Both the position numbers and the translations under genes were made by a program. Below, piece by piece: positions 26,731 to 37,254 of a DNA stretch of 64,000 nt. The stretch is from Clostridia bacterium (GTDB lineage Bacteria; Bacillota; Clostridia; Oscillospirales; CAG-272): positions 3,454 to 67,453 of the forward strand of contig JAFTKO010000043.1 in the NCBI GenBank assembly GCA_017453205.1, in the 5' to 3' direction. Numbering within the stretch: position 1 is the first letter of the stretch; the number at the start of each line of letters is the position of its first letter. The notes under the pieces were generated by a model. The model ran no database searches. It was not told where the DNA came from and saw only the letters and a program-made list of their open reading frames with translations.

Positions 26731-27660
26731 TTAATGCTCCCCGATGGTATGCGTTTTCAAGAACTCCTCGACCTCAGAGGCAACGGGGATCGAAACCGCG
26801 GCGCCGGGACGGCTGACGGTAATCGCCGAAACAGCGGCGGCATAGGTAACCGCGCGGTCAAGATCCCATCCCTCGCAAAGCTTGGAGCAGATGCCGCCGA
26901 TAAAGCTGTCGCCAGCGGCAGTGGTATCGACACGTTGGACCTTGTAGATCCCCGCAAAGTGCACATCATCGCCCACACCGTAGGCACAGCCCTTGCCTCC
27001 CAAGGTAACAATGGCGTTTTGACAGCCCATTTCACGCAGCTTGGCAATGGCGTTGCGTGCGTCATCATCGTTGTTCTGCGCAATGCCCGTAATCAGCTGC
27101 GCCTCAAACTCGTTGGGGATCATCAGATCCACATATCGGTAAAGCTCGGCGTCAACCTCTTTCACCGGTGCGGGATTGATGACAACCATTTTGCCGCGCT
27201 CCTTTGCCATACGTGCGGCGGCAATCACCGACTCGGTGGGAATTTCGTACTGCATCACAACAATGTCCGCCCATGCAAACAGGTCGGCGCGCTCGGCAAT
27301 ACGTTTAGGCGTGACATAACCGTTGGCGCCCACATCGAGAATGATGTGGTTATCCCCACCGCAGACCGTAATGACCGCCGCTCCCGTAGGAGCATCCACA
27401 CGCAGGACTTCGCTGCTGTCCACACCGCAATCCTCGAGGTTCTTAAGGGCAAGATCGCCGGAAAGGTCATTTCCCACGGCTCCCAGCATCTTAACACTGC
27501 ACCCCGCCTTGGCGATCGCCACCGCCTGATTGGCACCCTTACCGCCAAAGTTCATGGCAAAATCACTGCCGGTAATCGTTTCGCCAAGCTTTGGAAGACG
27601 GTCGGTATGAATGACATAATCAACATTGATACTGCCGATCACCAAAATATTTTTACTCAT
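26731..27660 (-). CDS. rbsK: Ribokinase
   Basis: VIGSINVDYV, GGKGANQAVA, VDTTAAGDSFIGG (PfkB signatures arranged as in RbsK). Confidence 0.8.
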   Translation of the reverse strand: MSKNILVIGSINVDYVIHTDRLPKLGETITGSDFAMNFGGKGANQAVAIAKAGCSVKMLGAVGNDLSGDLALKNLEDCGVDSSEVLRVDAPTGAAVITVCGGDNHIILDVGANGYVTPKRIAERADLFAWADIVVMQYEIPTESVIAAARMAKERGKMVVINPAPVKEVDAELYRYVDLMIPNEFEAQLITGIAQNNDDDARNAIAKLREMGCQNAIVTLGGKGCAYGVGDDVHFAGIYKVQRVDTTAAGDSFIGGICSKLCEGWDLDRAVTYAAAVSAITVSRPGAAVSIPVASEVEEFLKTHTIGEH

Positions 27661-27850
27661 CTTTTCAAAAAATCCTTTCTGAACCTTTATATTATAACAT
27701 TGATTTCATTGAAAATCCATTGCATAAAGTAACTGAAATATGGCATATAGTAACTATTCAAAAGCAATGTCCGTTTTACTTATTCTATCATAAACACAAA
27801 GTAAAGTCAACAAAATTTTTGATTATTTTCCGATACAAGGCAAAAATTTT

Positions 27851-27877
27851 CGAGGCGATTGCAATACAACCGCCTCG
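27851..27877 (-). terminator. Hairpin downstream of the fucosidase gene
   Basis: CGAGGCG / CGCCTCG stem; A/T run follows on the minus strand. Confidence 0.4.
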
Positions 27878-27888
27878 TTTCCTATCAA

Positions 27889-29079
27889 TCACCACTCGAT
27901 CTCGATCACAAGCGGCTCCGCGGGATAATCATCCACAGGGATCCCTGTGATGCTGACGAACGGACCTGCGGCTCTGCCGCCCCAAATATACGCGGGGAGT
28001 GTCTCGTAACGCAACCCAAGCGTCTCTCCGCCGTTGAGCAACCTTGCGCACTTGGGTACCGAAGGCGCGTTGACAAAGTTGATCGCGGAAGAACTCGATC
28101 CCGCATAATAGCACAGATAGGTTTTTTCGTTCTTGCGGAAAGCAACAAAGGGATCCTTGCCCTTTGTCGTCAATCCCAAAGGATCCTTTTCGTGTCCCTC
28201 GAGTACGCCGTTCATGCGACAGTACCAGTCGCCCACGCGCTTGATGATCGAAGCACTCTTTTCGTCAATCTTTCCGTTTGCCATCGGTCCGACATTGAGC
28301 AAATAACTGCCGCCCATTGCCATGATCTTGCAGATGGAGCTTGTCAGATATCGGATCGAAAAATAGTCCTCGTTCTCGCGATATCCCCACGATTGCTCAC
28401 CTACCGACTCACACGCCTCGGTCATGCGCACAAAGCGATTCCCCTCGGGAACCTCGCGCTCGGGAGTTTCAAAGTCACCGTCATCATAGCCGCGATTGTT
28501 GATGAAAATACCCGGCTGCAGCTCTCTGATCAGCTCGTTCATCGATTGATCGATATACTTGGGAGGGATATCCCAAAAAAAGGTATAGATCTCGCCGTAG
28601 TTTGTCAACAACTCACGCACTTGATTTTTGACATACGCACGGTATTTTTCTCTGTCGCCCGCACTTGGATTGACCGCCTTCCATTGATGGGTAGAGTAGG
28701 AATTGTAGCCGTTTTCGTGGTGCCAATCGGGGTTGGAGTAGTAGAGAGAAAGCTTCATGCCATGCTTGCGGCAGGCATCGGCAAGCATTTTGAGCACATC
28801 CTTGCCATAGGGGGTATTCATAACATTGTAGTCGGTATACTTGGTATCCCACATGCAAAAGCCGTCGTGATGCTTGGTCGTAAAGCAGATGTACTTCATG
28901 CCTGCATTCTTTGCAAGCAATACCCATTCCTCGGGGTCGTACTCGGTTGGGTTGAACTGTCCTACCAGCTTGTCGTATTCCTCATGCGACATATCATTCC
29001 GTGCGATCACCTGCTCCTGCACACCCGTCAGCGCGTAGATGCCCCAGTGAATAAACATTCCGAATTTGTTGTTTTCCAT
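27889..29079 (-). CDS. GH29 alpha-L-fucosidase
   Basis: FGMFIHWGIYA, GMKYICFTTKHHDGFCMWDT. ATG at 29079 after GAGGGG. Confidence 0.9.
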   Translation of the reverse strand: MENNKFGMFIHWGIYALTGVQEQVIARNDMSHEEYDKLVGQFNPTEYDPEEWVLLAKNAGMKYICFTTKHHDGFCMWDTKYTDYNVMNTPYGKDVLKMLADACRKHGMKLSLYYSNPDWHHENGYNSYSTHQWKAVNPSAGDREKYRAYVKNQVRELLTNYGEIYTFFWDIPPKYIDQSMNELIRELQPGIFINNRGYDDGDFETPEREVPEGNRFVRMTEACESVGEQSWGYRENEDYFSIRYLTSSICKIMAMGGSYLLNVGPMANGKIDEKSASIIKRVGDWYCRMNGVLEGHEKDPLGLTTKGKDPFVAFRKNEKTYLCYYAGSSSSAINFVNAPSVPKCARLLNGGETLGLRYETLPAYIWGGRAAGPFVSITGIPVDDYPAEPLVIEIEW

Positions 29080-29203
29080 TGTATTCCCCTCAATTTTGTT
29101 TTCTGTTGGTTGCATTATAACACGGCGCGGAACAAAAGTCAATAAATTATCAACGCACTTTTTATAAAATATCAACTCAATTTTATAAATTTAGAATTTG
29201 TGA

Positions 29204-29632
29204 TTATTTAGAAAAATCAATTTCATACCGTGTGCCGTGTGAAAATAAAAGTCCATCGGTTAGTTTAATACAAAGAATACAAGTATTTATATCATCAAAA
29301 TTATTGTGACCGTTATCAATCCACTCGGAAAATGCCACTTTCATCTTTTTTGCGATGCGTGCATTTTCTGCTTTTCCAAAATAGCCTAAATTAATCCCTT
29401 TGCCATGTGCGGTAAACCAATCCCCCGATATCGCAACCGTAGGATTATGTTCGATTTGTCTCATTTTATTTGACAATCCATAAGTAAGCACATAAAAAGC
29501 ACCGTTGTCATAAAATGCGTTCACGTTACGGACATAAGGAACGTCATCAATTGTTGTTGCCAGTGCAATGATACAATCTTTGCCAAATCGGTCTATTAGT
29601 ATTGCTTCTGCCGCTTTTGATAATTTTTCCAT
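29204..29632 (-). CDS. Pyridoxamine 5'-phosphate oxidase-like FMN-binding protein
   Basis: Size and pattern (IIALATTIDDVPYVRNVNAFYDNGAFYVLT ... NPTVAISG). GGAGGT is the RBS. Confidence 0.5.
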   Translation of the reverse strand: MEKLSKAAEAILIDRFGKDCIIALATTIDDVPYVRNVNAFYDNGAFYVLTYGLSNKMRQIEHNPTVAISGDWFTAHGKGINLGYFGKAENARIAKKMKVAFSEWIDNGHNNFDDINTCILCIKLTDGLLFSHGTRYEIDFSK

Positions 29633-29753
29633 TGGTGTTACCTCCACAAAGCCAAATTTACCGTCAGTTCATTATATCACAAAATGATAAAACTATAATT
29701 CAGCACCTAATCTCACCGACAAATTGGAATTTGTCGCTCCGAATAAATACATT

Positions 29754-30500
29754 TTACAGTTCAAAATAATGCATCGTAGATTTCAAAACAAATCCGCTTG
29801 AGACAGCCAATTTATTAGATGTTATGTTGTCAGCATTACATACCCAGTAGACAGATTGATTCTTTTCTTGACAGTGTAACAAAAAGGCATTTACCATTTT
29901 CTTGGCATATCCTAATCCGCGATACTGCTCATCTATCCATATGTTAATCCCATGACTGTTGTTATTACTGTATTCACTTAAACAATACCCGGATACGACA
30001 CCATCCATAACCAAAGCCAACCCAAATCCGTTTTGATAAAAATCTTCCACATCCGTATAAGAATACAATTCACTTATAACCAATTCAGTATTAGGCAAAT
30101 TATTCTCCATAAGGTTTCGCGTAATTTGAACTACACATTCGCTATCGTCATTAAGTTCGGTAATATTTTTATTATCGAACTGATATAAATTGAGATATCT
30201 GTCTTTCAACTTGTCTGAAAGTGTACTTTTAATAAAAGAACGCCATCTGTCATCCGGATAATAGAGATATAGTGGTTTATCATAATCATCTAATATTGAA
30301 ATAACTTTTTCACCATTCGCTTTTGAAAAATCTCCGCCAATAAAAGCACTTAGTCCCCATGATATCATGGCACTGCCATTCTCAACTAAAAAATGAACCT
30401 TACCCTGTTTTCTCAACAGAAGTGATTGTATTAAATTTTGGTAAATATAATAACTGTATAACGAAGAAATATCTGTTGTGAATTTATCATTATCTCTCAT
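29754..30500 (-). CDS. GNAT-family N-acetyltransferase
   Basis: C-terminal acetyl-CoA motif region YRGLGYAKKMVNAFLLHC. Very AT-rich gene. Confidence 0.6.
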   Translation of the reverse strand: MRDNDKFTTDISSLYSYYIYQNLIQSLLLRKQGKVHFLVENGSAMISWGLSAFIGGDFSKANGEKVISILDDYDKPLYLYYPDDRWRSFIKSTLSDKLKDRYLNLYQFDNKNITELNDDSECVVQITRNLMENNLPNTELVISELYSYTDVEDFYQNGFGLALVMDGVVSGYCLSEYSNNNSHGINIWIDEQYRGLGYAKKMVNAFLLHCQEKNQSVYWVCNADNITSNKLAVSSGFVLKSTMHYFEL

Positions 30501-30646
30501 TATCTTTCCCCTTTATGACCCGGTCGCTTTCTTTTCCCTTGGAGCAACAAATTCAAGTTTATCTGTTAGTTACATTCTACCATAAAATCATAGAAAAGTA
30601 AATAAGAGAGTCCAATTTTTGCAATTTTATATCACCCCGTTTCATT

Positions 30647-31522
30647 TTAATAATTTGGAACTGCCTGCATATGCGCCACAACATAGCCGCTGACCTCTGC
30701 CGCCTTTTGCATACAAGCCTCTATCGGCATCCCGTTCAAATAAGATACCAACCACGCCGCTGCAAAGCTGTCACCCGCACCGACAGTGGAAACCACCTTA
30801 TTTCCCACCGCACCTTGACGGTACTCCTTTTTCTCTTCCGATAAATACGCATAGGATCCATCCTTTCCGAGCGTTAAGATTAAAACCCGAATTTGAGGAT
30901 ATTTTTTACAGATTGCCCGCGCAATCGAAGAATAGGACTCCGACTCGGGGACATATCCCGCAAGACTGCGTAACAGACCCTCTTCCTCGATACTTACTTT
31001 TAATACCGTTGCATGGCGCATACAAAAATTCACCGACTCCGCGTCGTAGCAATTCGGGCGCAGATTGACATCACAGATCACATGAGCAAATGAACAGCGG
31101 GACACCAACTCGCAAACCGTTTTTCGTGACACAATATTTCTTTGTATCAGTGTTCCGAAATACAAGGCATCGTAGCCCTCCCTTGCAATACTCGCAAGTT
31201 CCTCATCGGCAAGACAGATATGATCATATGCCACATCACGCAAAACATTGTAATGCGGGACGGCGTTTTCATCCAATGTCACCAAGCATTGCCCTGTCGA
31301 TTGAGGATTGACTTTCACATATTTGTCAACGATTCCAAACGAATGCAACCATTTCATCGCTTCCTCGCCCAAAAGATCCTGTCCGACTGCCGAGATCAAG
31401 GCACTTTCCGCACCGCAAAGAACCGCATGTGCTGCAAAATTCAACGGTGCACCGCCAATGGTCTTTTTTTTCGGATAAATATCCCAAATGATTTCTCCAA
31501 TTGAAATAATTTTCTTTTTCAC
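30647..31522 (-). CDS. PfkB-family sugar kinase (fructokinase-like)
   Basis: IISIGEIIWD, GGAPLNFA, TVGAGDSFAAAW. GTG start at 31522 after AAAGGAG. Confidence 0.75.
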   Translation of the reverse strand: MKKKIISIGEIIWDIYPKKKTIGGAPLNFAAHAVLCGAESALISAVGQDLLGEEAMKWLHSFGIVDKYVKVNPQSTGQCLVTLDENAVPHYNVLRDVAYDHICLADEELASIAREGYDALYFGTLIQRNIVSRKTVCELVSRCSFAHVICDVNLRPNCYDAESVNFCMRHATVLKVSIEEEGLLRSLAGYVPESESYSSIARAICKKYPQIRVLILTLGKDGSYAYLSEEKKEYRQGAVGNKVVSTVGAGDSFAAAWLVSYLNGMPIEACMQKAAEVSGYVVAHMQAVPNY

Positions 31523-32009
31523 TACCGGTTCTCCTTTTATTTTTTTCAATTATACTCTTTTATTTTTATAATGTCAATACAAAAGGAGACAAATTAGTTG
31601 AATTATTGGGCATTGTAGCATTAATCGTAACCTTTACAACGCCCATTTTATCAGCTACTGATTCAAACAATTTATAGTGTATCTGACAGGAATTTGCGGT
31701 ACGTCTTAAAATAATCAAGCCATTCTCCTACTATCGAATTTATGATTTCGGCTAATCCAATCATCATGACCATCGGCTAAGCCGTGGCTTGCTCACGAAT
31801 CCCAAGCTGAGGTGTGAGTGCTTTTCTGCAAAGGAGGGAAAAGATTTTGGAGAAATGAGAGAAAAACAGTGAAAATTAAGTTTGGAGAAAAGTTTTTTCC
31901 ATTTTGCCAGTTTTTTAAATTCATGCACGCAAAAGCAAGCGTGACCTGCATCGTTACCTTCGCAGGTGTTTTTCAATACGACTTCCTTTTTGTCTACAAT
32001 CTGAATTTA

Positions 32010-32035
32010 CCGCAAATTGCAATAGCAATTTGCGG
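32010..32035. terminator. Perfect 11-bp hairpin downstream of the HAD gene
   Basis: CCGCAAATTGC aata GCAATTTGCGG. Confidence 0.4.
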
Positions 32036-32044
32036 CAAATAAGT

Positions 32045-32686
32045 TTATATCTGGGGATCGCTTTGTAACAAATATTTTATCCGACTTAATTTTGAAACGC
32101 GGTATTCCACCTCAAGCTCCGGATAATATTCTGCGTCATCAATGAGTATTCCGCTTATTTTTGCGTTTTTACCCGCAAGAATGTCTATATCACGATCACC
32201 TATCATAACGCATTTATGGGGCTCTATCCCGTGCTTACTCATAAGTGCGAGCAACGCATCGGGGGCAGGCTTTCTCGGGTACCGGGTGTCACCGAGCATA
32301 TAATCGACAAAATATTTTTTAAAGCCCCACCTGCTGACATTTTGCACAACTATGTTTCCGCTATGTGAATAGACGTAACTTTTTCCTCCGTTTTCAGAAA
32401 TAAAACGCAAAAGATCTTCTGCCCCCTCCATAGCCGTAGCTTCGGTACTCAACAATTCCTCCGACAGCCTTTGAAACTCACTGTAAGCACCATCTCGATA
32501 CTTTCCAAAGCCAAGCGTATCAAACAGATATACCGTACTGTGCTTTTTCAAAAGACGGTATATCTGTTCATCCGATGAAGGAACGCCATACTTATCTGCG
32601 ATCGATTTTGCTGCCTTAACGAAAGCAGGATAACTGTCCGAGAGCGTCCCATCAAAATCAAATATAAAATGATCGTATTTCAGCAT
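32045..32686 (-). CDS. HAD-family phosphatase
   Basis: Motif I FIFDFDGTLSDS; motif IV IGDRDIDILAG. Confidence 0.8.
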   Translation of the reverse strand: MLKYDHFIFDFDGTLSDSYPAFVKAAKSIADKYGVPSSDEQIYRLLKKHSTVYLFDTLGFGKYRDGAYSEFQRLSEELLSTEATAMEGAEDLLRFISENGGKSYVYSHSGNIVVQNVSRWGFKKYFVDYMLGDTRYPRKPAPDALLALMSKHGIEPHKCVMIGDRDIDILAGKNAKISGILIDDAEYYPELEVEYRVSKLSRIKYLLQSDPQI

Positions 32687-32708
32687 TCTTTTCCTCCTTT
32701 TATGAACT

Positions 32709-33323
32709 CTACAAATTCAGATCCTCTATCATACGGGTATCAGCTAAATTTTTAAGCAATCTTATTTCATTATCCAGCAAATTTATATTTTCTTTCATAC
32801 ATAACCATTCTTCCTTATCTCTATTCGGAAATGTTGGACATGTATGAATCCTAATCATTTTCGGCAAAAAAGCTCTTGCCAACATAAGACTGCGCTTCAT
32901 ATGCCAAAATGAAGTAACTAAAGCAATCCCGCTTACGTCGTTAAATCTGCATTTGCGATTGATCTGCAGCGTGCCGTATATCATATTTTCTCGAGTTGTA
33001 AGCGCTTCGTTTTCAATCACGATAGCTTCGGCAGGAACCCCATTATCTGTCAATATTTGTGACATAAAGCAAGCTTCCGTCATCGATACACCATTATTAA
33101 TCCAACTGACCCCTCCACTGGGTACGATGTATTTCACTCTTCCTTCGTGATAAAGCTTTGCGGCAGTAATTGCACGTTCCTCTGCGAGTTCGGGACAACT
33201 GCCAAGAAGCAACGCAAATTCACTGAACGCGCCATCGTCCGTTATATCTTTGCAAACAATATTCCATTTTTCACTTGGTGTCATTGACATTAATTTTTCG
33301 AGAGTAATTTGTGATATTTTCAT
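32709..33323 (-). CDS. YdcF/DUF218-family protein
   Basis: YIVPSGGV..., ENEALTTRENM, LVTSFWHMKRS are typical of DUF218. Confidence 0.6.
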   Translation of the reverse strand: MKISQITLEKLMSMTPSEKWNIVCKDITDDGAFSEFALLLGSCPELAEERAITAAKLYHEGRVKYIVPSGGVSWINNGVSMTEACFMSQILTDNGVPAEAIVIENEALTTRENMIYGTLQINRKCRFNDVSGIALVTSFWHMKRSLMLARAFLPKMIRIHTCPTFPNRDKEEWLCMKENINLLDNEIRLLKNLADTRMIEDLNL

Positions 33324-33377
33324 ACGTGATCTCGCCTTATATACAGCATCTGTCCGTTCGTAAAATCATAGGTACTT

Positions 33378-34097
33378 TCAATTTTTGTTTTTCTGTTTTG
33401 CTATAACGTAAGGAACAAGCAGATCGGGGAAATTGACCGTCATACCGTCAACACCGCTATCATAAGCATGCTTCATTAACTCGACGTTGGAAACACCCCA
33501 CGCTCTTACACTGTACCCCAAACGATGCCATTGCTCTACCTTTTCTTTTGTTACGTGTTCGGCTTGCGGACAAAGTTGTTCAACACCCGCCTTTTTGGTT
33601 TCAGCCAATGCCTCACTGTCAAAGTCAGCTGCCAAATATCCCACTTTATATGTTCGAGAAAGTGCTTTAACGGTTTTGAGACATTCAAACTTAAAGGACG
33701 TCACAACGGTTTTTTCTCTCATACCGTAGCGTTCAAGCAAATCAAGAACCTCTTTCTCAGTTCCCACTTCCTTCAGTTCAATGGCAAAATGAATATCGCG
33801 AAAACCAAAATAGTGCAAAAAGTCCTCAAACCTTACGATTATATCCTCGGTTGCCGTTTTGTGATTCTTCACTCGCATTTTCAAAAGCTCTGCATAGGTA
33901 AAGTCACCAACGCCTCCGAAATTTCCAATCACTCTTTCCAAGGTTTTATCGTGAAAAAGCACCAAAACACCGTCTTTTGTTTTGCGAACATCCGTTTCTA
34001 TTCCGTTCGCGCCTTGCTTTAAGCCAAGATAGAACGAGCTCATCGTATTTTCGGGTGCGTATTCACTGGCTCCTCTGTGTGCGTATACTATAAACAT
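33378..34097 (-). CDS. Glycerophosphodiester phosphodiesterase
   Basis: [13 protein letters not shown] and [21 protein letters not shown] at 34097 after AAGGAG. Confidence 0.85.
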   Translation of the reverse strand: MFIVYAHRGASEYAPENTMSSFYLGLKQGANGIETDVRKTKDGVLVLFHDKTLERVIGNFGGVGDFTYAELLKMRVKNHKTATEDIIVRFEDFLHYFGFRDIHFAIELKEVGTEKEVLDLLERYGMREKTVVTSFKFECLKTVKALSRTYKVGYLAADFDSEALAETKKAGVEQLCPQAEHVTKEKVEQWHRLGYSVRAWGVSNVELMKHAYDSGVDGMTVNFPDLLVPYVIAKQKNKN

Positions 34098-34117
34098 GGT
34101 TAACCTCTCCTTTACCG

Positions 34118-35290
34118 TCAAAATTGATCATACTTTTTAATCGGCCGGTCATACATATGATCCAATATAAACTGAACAAAAATACGAACTCCAATCTCCA
34201 ATGCATCCTCATCAATATCAAATCGGTCTTGATGCAATCCGTGTACAAAGCCCTTTTTCTCGTTGCGTACACCGAGCCGAAACATGCACGCAGGCTTTTT
34301 CAGCGCAAAATAGGAGAAGTCCTCCCCTTCCATACTGCGACGGTAAAGTTTGACACCATCCCTTCCTACGACTTTTTCGGCGGCAAGACGAATGTGATTG
34401 CTAACAGCTTCATCATTCACCAAAATGGGATAATGCTTATGACGCGTCAGTGTTGCGTGACCTCCTGCCGTTGATGCTACGGCATCAATGATCCGTTGTA
34501 TTTTATCAAATGCATATGCGGCAACCGCATCATCATATGTACGCAAAGTGCAAAACAGCGAACAATGATCCGCAATGATGTTGTTTGTATCTCCACCGTG
34601 AAATGCACCAACATTGAATAAAATCGGTGATTGTACATCAAATTCTTTTGCGATCATAAGCTCAATATCGGTGTAAGCTCTCACTGCCATCATGATAGCG
34701 TCCACACCGCTATTTTGATTTGCAACATGACAACTTTTACCGTAAAAATCAATGGTAAAGCCATCGCTGGTAGCATTTTGCTCCCCCGCCGTAACACCTA
34801 CGCATCCAACCGACATCGTGGGTTGACAATGTAACGCGACGATACAATCAATATCATCCATGACGCCGTCTTTTACCATCAGCATCGCTCCTGAAGGCGC
34901 GTATTCCTCGGCACTTTGAAATAAGAATTTTACCCTGCAAGCAATCTGATCCCGTTTCTCCCAAATTTCCTTGAGCGTCGCAAGTGCAATGGCTGTGTGG
35001 GCATCATGTCCGCAAGCGTGCATCTGTCCCTCAATTTGCGATTTATAAGAAACGTTATTTTGTTCTTTTATGGGCAACGCATCCATATCAGCTCGAATAC
35101 CGATCGTAAAATCGGTAATATGTGAGTTGACCGTGGCAACGATACTGCTTTTTCCATATTCCTCTGTATACATAATTCCCAGTTTATCAAGCTCCGCTCT
35201 AATCAATTCCAACGTTTTGGGAAGCTCAAAACCAATTTCGGGATACATATGAAGTCGACGTCTGATTTGCCTTGCATAGGACTGTGTCAT
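34118..35290 (-). CDS. M20D-family amidohydrolase (N-acyl-amino-acid amidohydrolase type)
   Basis: MHACGHDAH motif; M20 dimerisation and catalytic pattern; 390 aa. Confidence 0.8.
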   Translation of the reverse strand: MTQSYARQIRRRLHMYPEIGFELPKTLELIRAELDKLGIMYTEEYGKSSIVATVNSHITDFTIGIRADMDALPIKEQNNVSYKSQIEGQMHACGHDAHTAIALATLKEIWEKRDQIACRVKFLFQSAEEYAPSGAMLMVKDGVMDDIDCIVALHCQPTMSVGCVGVTAGEQNATSDGFTIDFYGKSCHVANQNSGVDAIMMAVRAYTDIELMIAKEFDVQSPILFNVGAFHGGDTNNIIADHCSLFCTLRTYDDAVAAYAFDKIQRIIDAVASTAGGHATLTRHKHYPILVNDEAVSNHIRLAAEKVVGRDGVKLYRRSMEGEDFSYFALKKPACMFRLGVRNEKKGFVHGLHQDRFDIDEDALEIGVRIFVQFILDHMYDRPIKKYDQF

Positions 35291-36150
35291 ATCTGCTCCT
35301 TAGTGAAGTTAGGGATTGTTTTATGATATTTCCCCGTACGTTTCAAATAATCAATCAACATCATCGGCCAGTCGGTTTGAATTAAATCAAAGCCTTTGTC
35401 CGCAAGCCAGCCCCAGCCGGCATCCTCTGATACGGTCAGTGCCACATCGTCCGAATGCCCCGCTGCAATCTGTCTTTGGCAATCGTAGATAATGGAATTT
35501 ACCCAAACAAGCTTGCTGTCACGATGCATCATTTGGATAAACGCATCTGAAGCGACCTCATCTTCATCGTCGTAAAACAGTACCTCTGCGCCCACATAGT
35601 TGATGTTTCGCTTCAAGAGCGAACGGTGTTGTTCAAAGACGCGTTTTACCACTGGCATATACGCAAGTGTGGGGGCAATATCCTCCAATACACGCAGTAC
35701 GGCATCGGTTGGCGGTGCTTTTACTACAATCTGATCTATCATATCGTGCCGCTCTATGGCATGGTATATTGCTTCCGGATGATCCCAAAATTTATCCACA
35801 TTAATAAAGCATCTGTCTTTAAAATGTTCCAAAAAATCATCAAAACGCATAATACCAAACTGAGTGGGTACATTATCAATATTCACATACCGAAGTGAAG
35901 CCACGCTTTCCCAAGTCATTTCACGCAGGGATCGGTCAAGGCAAAGGTGTGCGCTCTCCTTACCCGGATGAAATACGATCAGCTCACCGTCGGAGGTCAT
36001 ACTGATATCGGTTTCAATCATATCGGCCCCTTGCTTCAAGCTGACTTCATAAGACGCAGTCGTATTGCAAGGGATATTTCCACCAAAAACACCTCGGTGT
36101 GCCACAATCAAAAGCTTTTCTTTTGCTGATTCATAGATATTAAAACTCAT
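35287..36150 (-). CDS. GDPD-family phosphodiesterase (divergent)
   Basis: VAHRGVFGGNIPCNT and IETDISMTSDGELIVFHP. ATGA overlap with the downstream gene. Confidence 0.7.
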   Translation of the reverse strand: MSFNIYESAKEKLLIVAHRGVFGGNIPCNTTASYEVSLKQGADMIETDISMTSDGELIVFHPGKESAHLCLDRSLREMTWESVASLRYVNIDNVPTQFGIMRFDDFLEHFKDRCFINVDKFWDHPEAIYHAIERHDMIDQIVVKAPPTDAVLRVLEDIAPTLAYMPVVKRVFEQHRSLLKRNINYVGAEVLFYDDEDEVASDAFIQMMHRDSKLVWVNSIIYDCQRQIAAGHSDDVALTVSEDAGWGWLADKGFDLIQTDWPMMLIDYLKRTGKYHKTIPNFTKEQI

Positions 36151-36168
36151 ATCCGTATCAAGCTCCTA

Positions 36169-37116
36169 TTAGTCTGCCCCATTTATCGTAGCAATCGTTC
36201 TTGGCGTGTAGGTAAGAAGACCGGCGGCAGCTTTACGCAATACAGCCGCGGTTTCTTCACTGTCCAATCCGCCTTTAAAACGAATGTTTTCGGGAGATTG
36301 ACCAAACAGAACCGTATAGAAATCGCACGCAATCAGCACGCTACCTGCCAAAGACGGATGTCTTTCGTCAGTATGAAAAAGATTGATTTCGGGATTGGAC
36401 GAAAGAACGCTGTTGAAGGTGGCTCCCGCATACACCACCTTGCAATTCAATTTTTGGGCAACAGCTGCATCATAAGCAATTACAAGATTGCTAAGCTCTA
36501 CCGAGGTTATATTTTCTTTGGTGTGATCTTGGAAGGTCAAAGAGCCTTTATTGACACCAAACGTGGAATAGATCACAGGAATCGCACCTGCATCTCGGAT
36601 TTTTTCAGTCAATTCCTTTGCCGCTTCATAGACCTTCAAAGGATAATCGGGGAAATATTCCTCCATTACCACACCGTTACGGTCGGTTTGAAAAACTACC
36701 ACATCCCATGCTCTGGACGTGAGCTTAGTGTCGATTTCCGACCACATCGTTTCATCATCCTTCATCATGGCAATGTTTTGTCCGGCATACGTCAACCGTT
36801 CCGCATCAACGATCTTACCATCCAAAATACAAAGATTTTCAAAAAGCTCCGGCATATCGTTATAATAAGTCAAGCTATTACCAATAAACAGAACCTTAAT
36901 TCCCCTTGTCGTTGCCTTCTCTCTCAAAAGCTCCCATTCATCCTTGGGAGCCCACTCCGGCGGTGTGGTTTCAGCTTGGGTTGTTACGGAAGGAGTATTC
37001 GTATCATTGGTACTCAAGTTTTCCTTATTGTCTTGCTGTGCGCACGAGGTTACAAGAATTGTCAAACATATCAACAACATCAATACTCTTATCAAAGAAT
37101 GAATCTTATTCTGCAT
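36169..37116 (-). CDS. SGNH-like (DUF4886-type) hydrolase lipoprotein
   Basis: Lipobox LVTSC after a signal peptide. VLFIGNSLTYYNDMP block I variant. AAGGAG is the RBS. Confidence 0.5.
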   Translation of the reverse strand: MQNKIHSLIRVLMLLICLTILVTSCAQQDNKENLSTNDTNTPSVTTQAETTPPEWAPKDEWELLREKATTRGIKVLFIGNSLTYYNDMPELFENLCILDGKIVDAERLTYAGQNIAMMKDDETMWSEIDTKLTSRAWDVVVFQTDRNGVVMEEYFPDYPLKVYEAAKELTEKIRDAGAIPVIYSTFGVNKGSLTFQDHTKENITSVELSNLVIAYDAAVAQKLNCKVVYAGATFNSVLSSNPEINLFHTDERHPSLAGSVLIACDFYTVLFGQSPENIRFKGGLDSEETAAVLRKAAAGLLTYTPRTIATINGAD

Positions 37117-37254
37117 TTTTTCTCCTTCTTTATACGGCTTTACAAAAGCACGTCTTTCTTCTTGATTTGCAATCATAAAAAAATAAGTATTTTGGGATTG
37201 ACGGTATAACCGCCAATCCCAAGGTCATAAACACCGTTAAGCAATCACTTATCG

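Noticed and set aside
24948-29145. Long plus-strand ORFs (24948..25895, 26082..26696, 26689..27732, 27859..29145) opposite the GH36, rbsK and GH29 genes
   Set aside because: All are mirror-frame artefacts of strongly supported minus-strand genes. They have no RBS and no family motifs.
36298-37209. 303-aa plus-strand ORF; similar cases at 43371..44426, 60965..61849, 8186..8941, 11017..11916 and 12640..13287
   Set aside because: Each overlaps a well-supported gene on the other strand, and the translations are low-complexity with no motifs.
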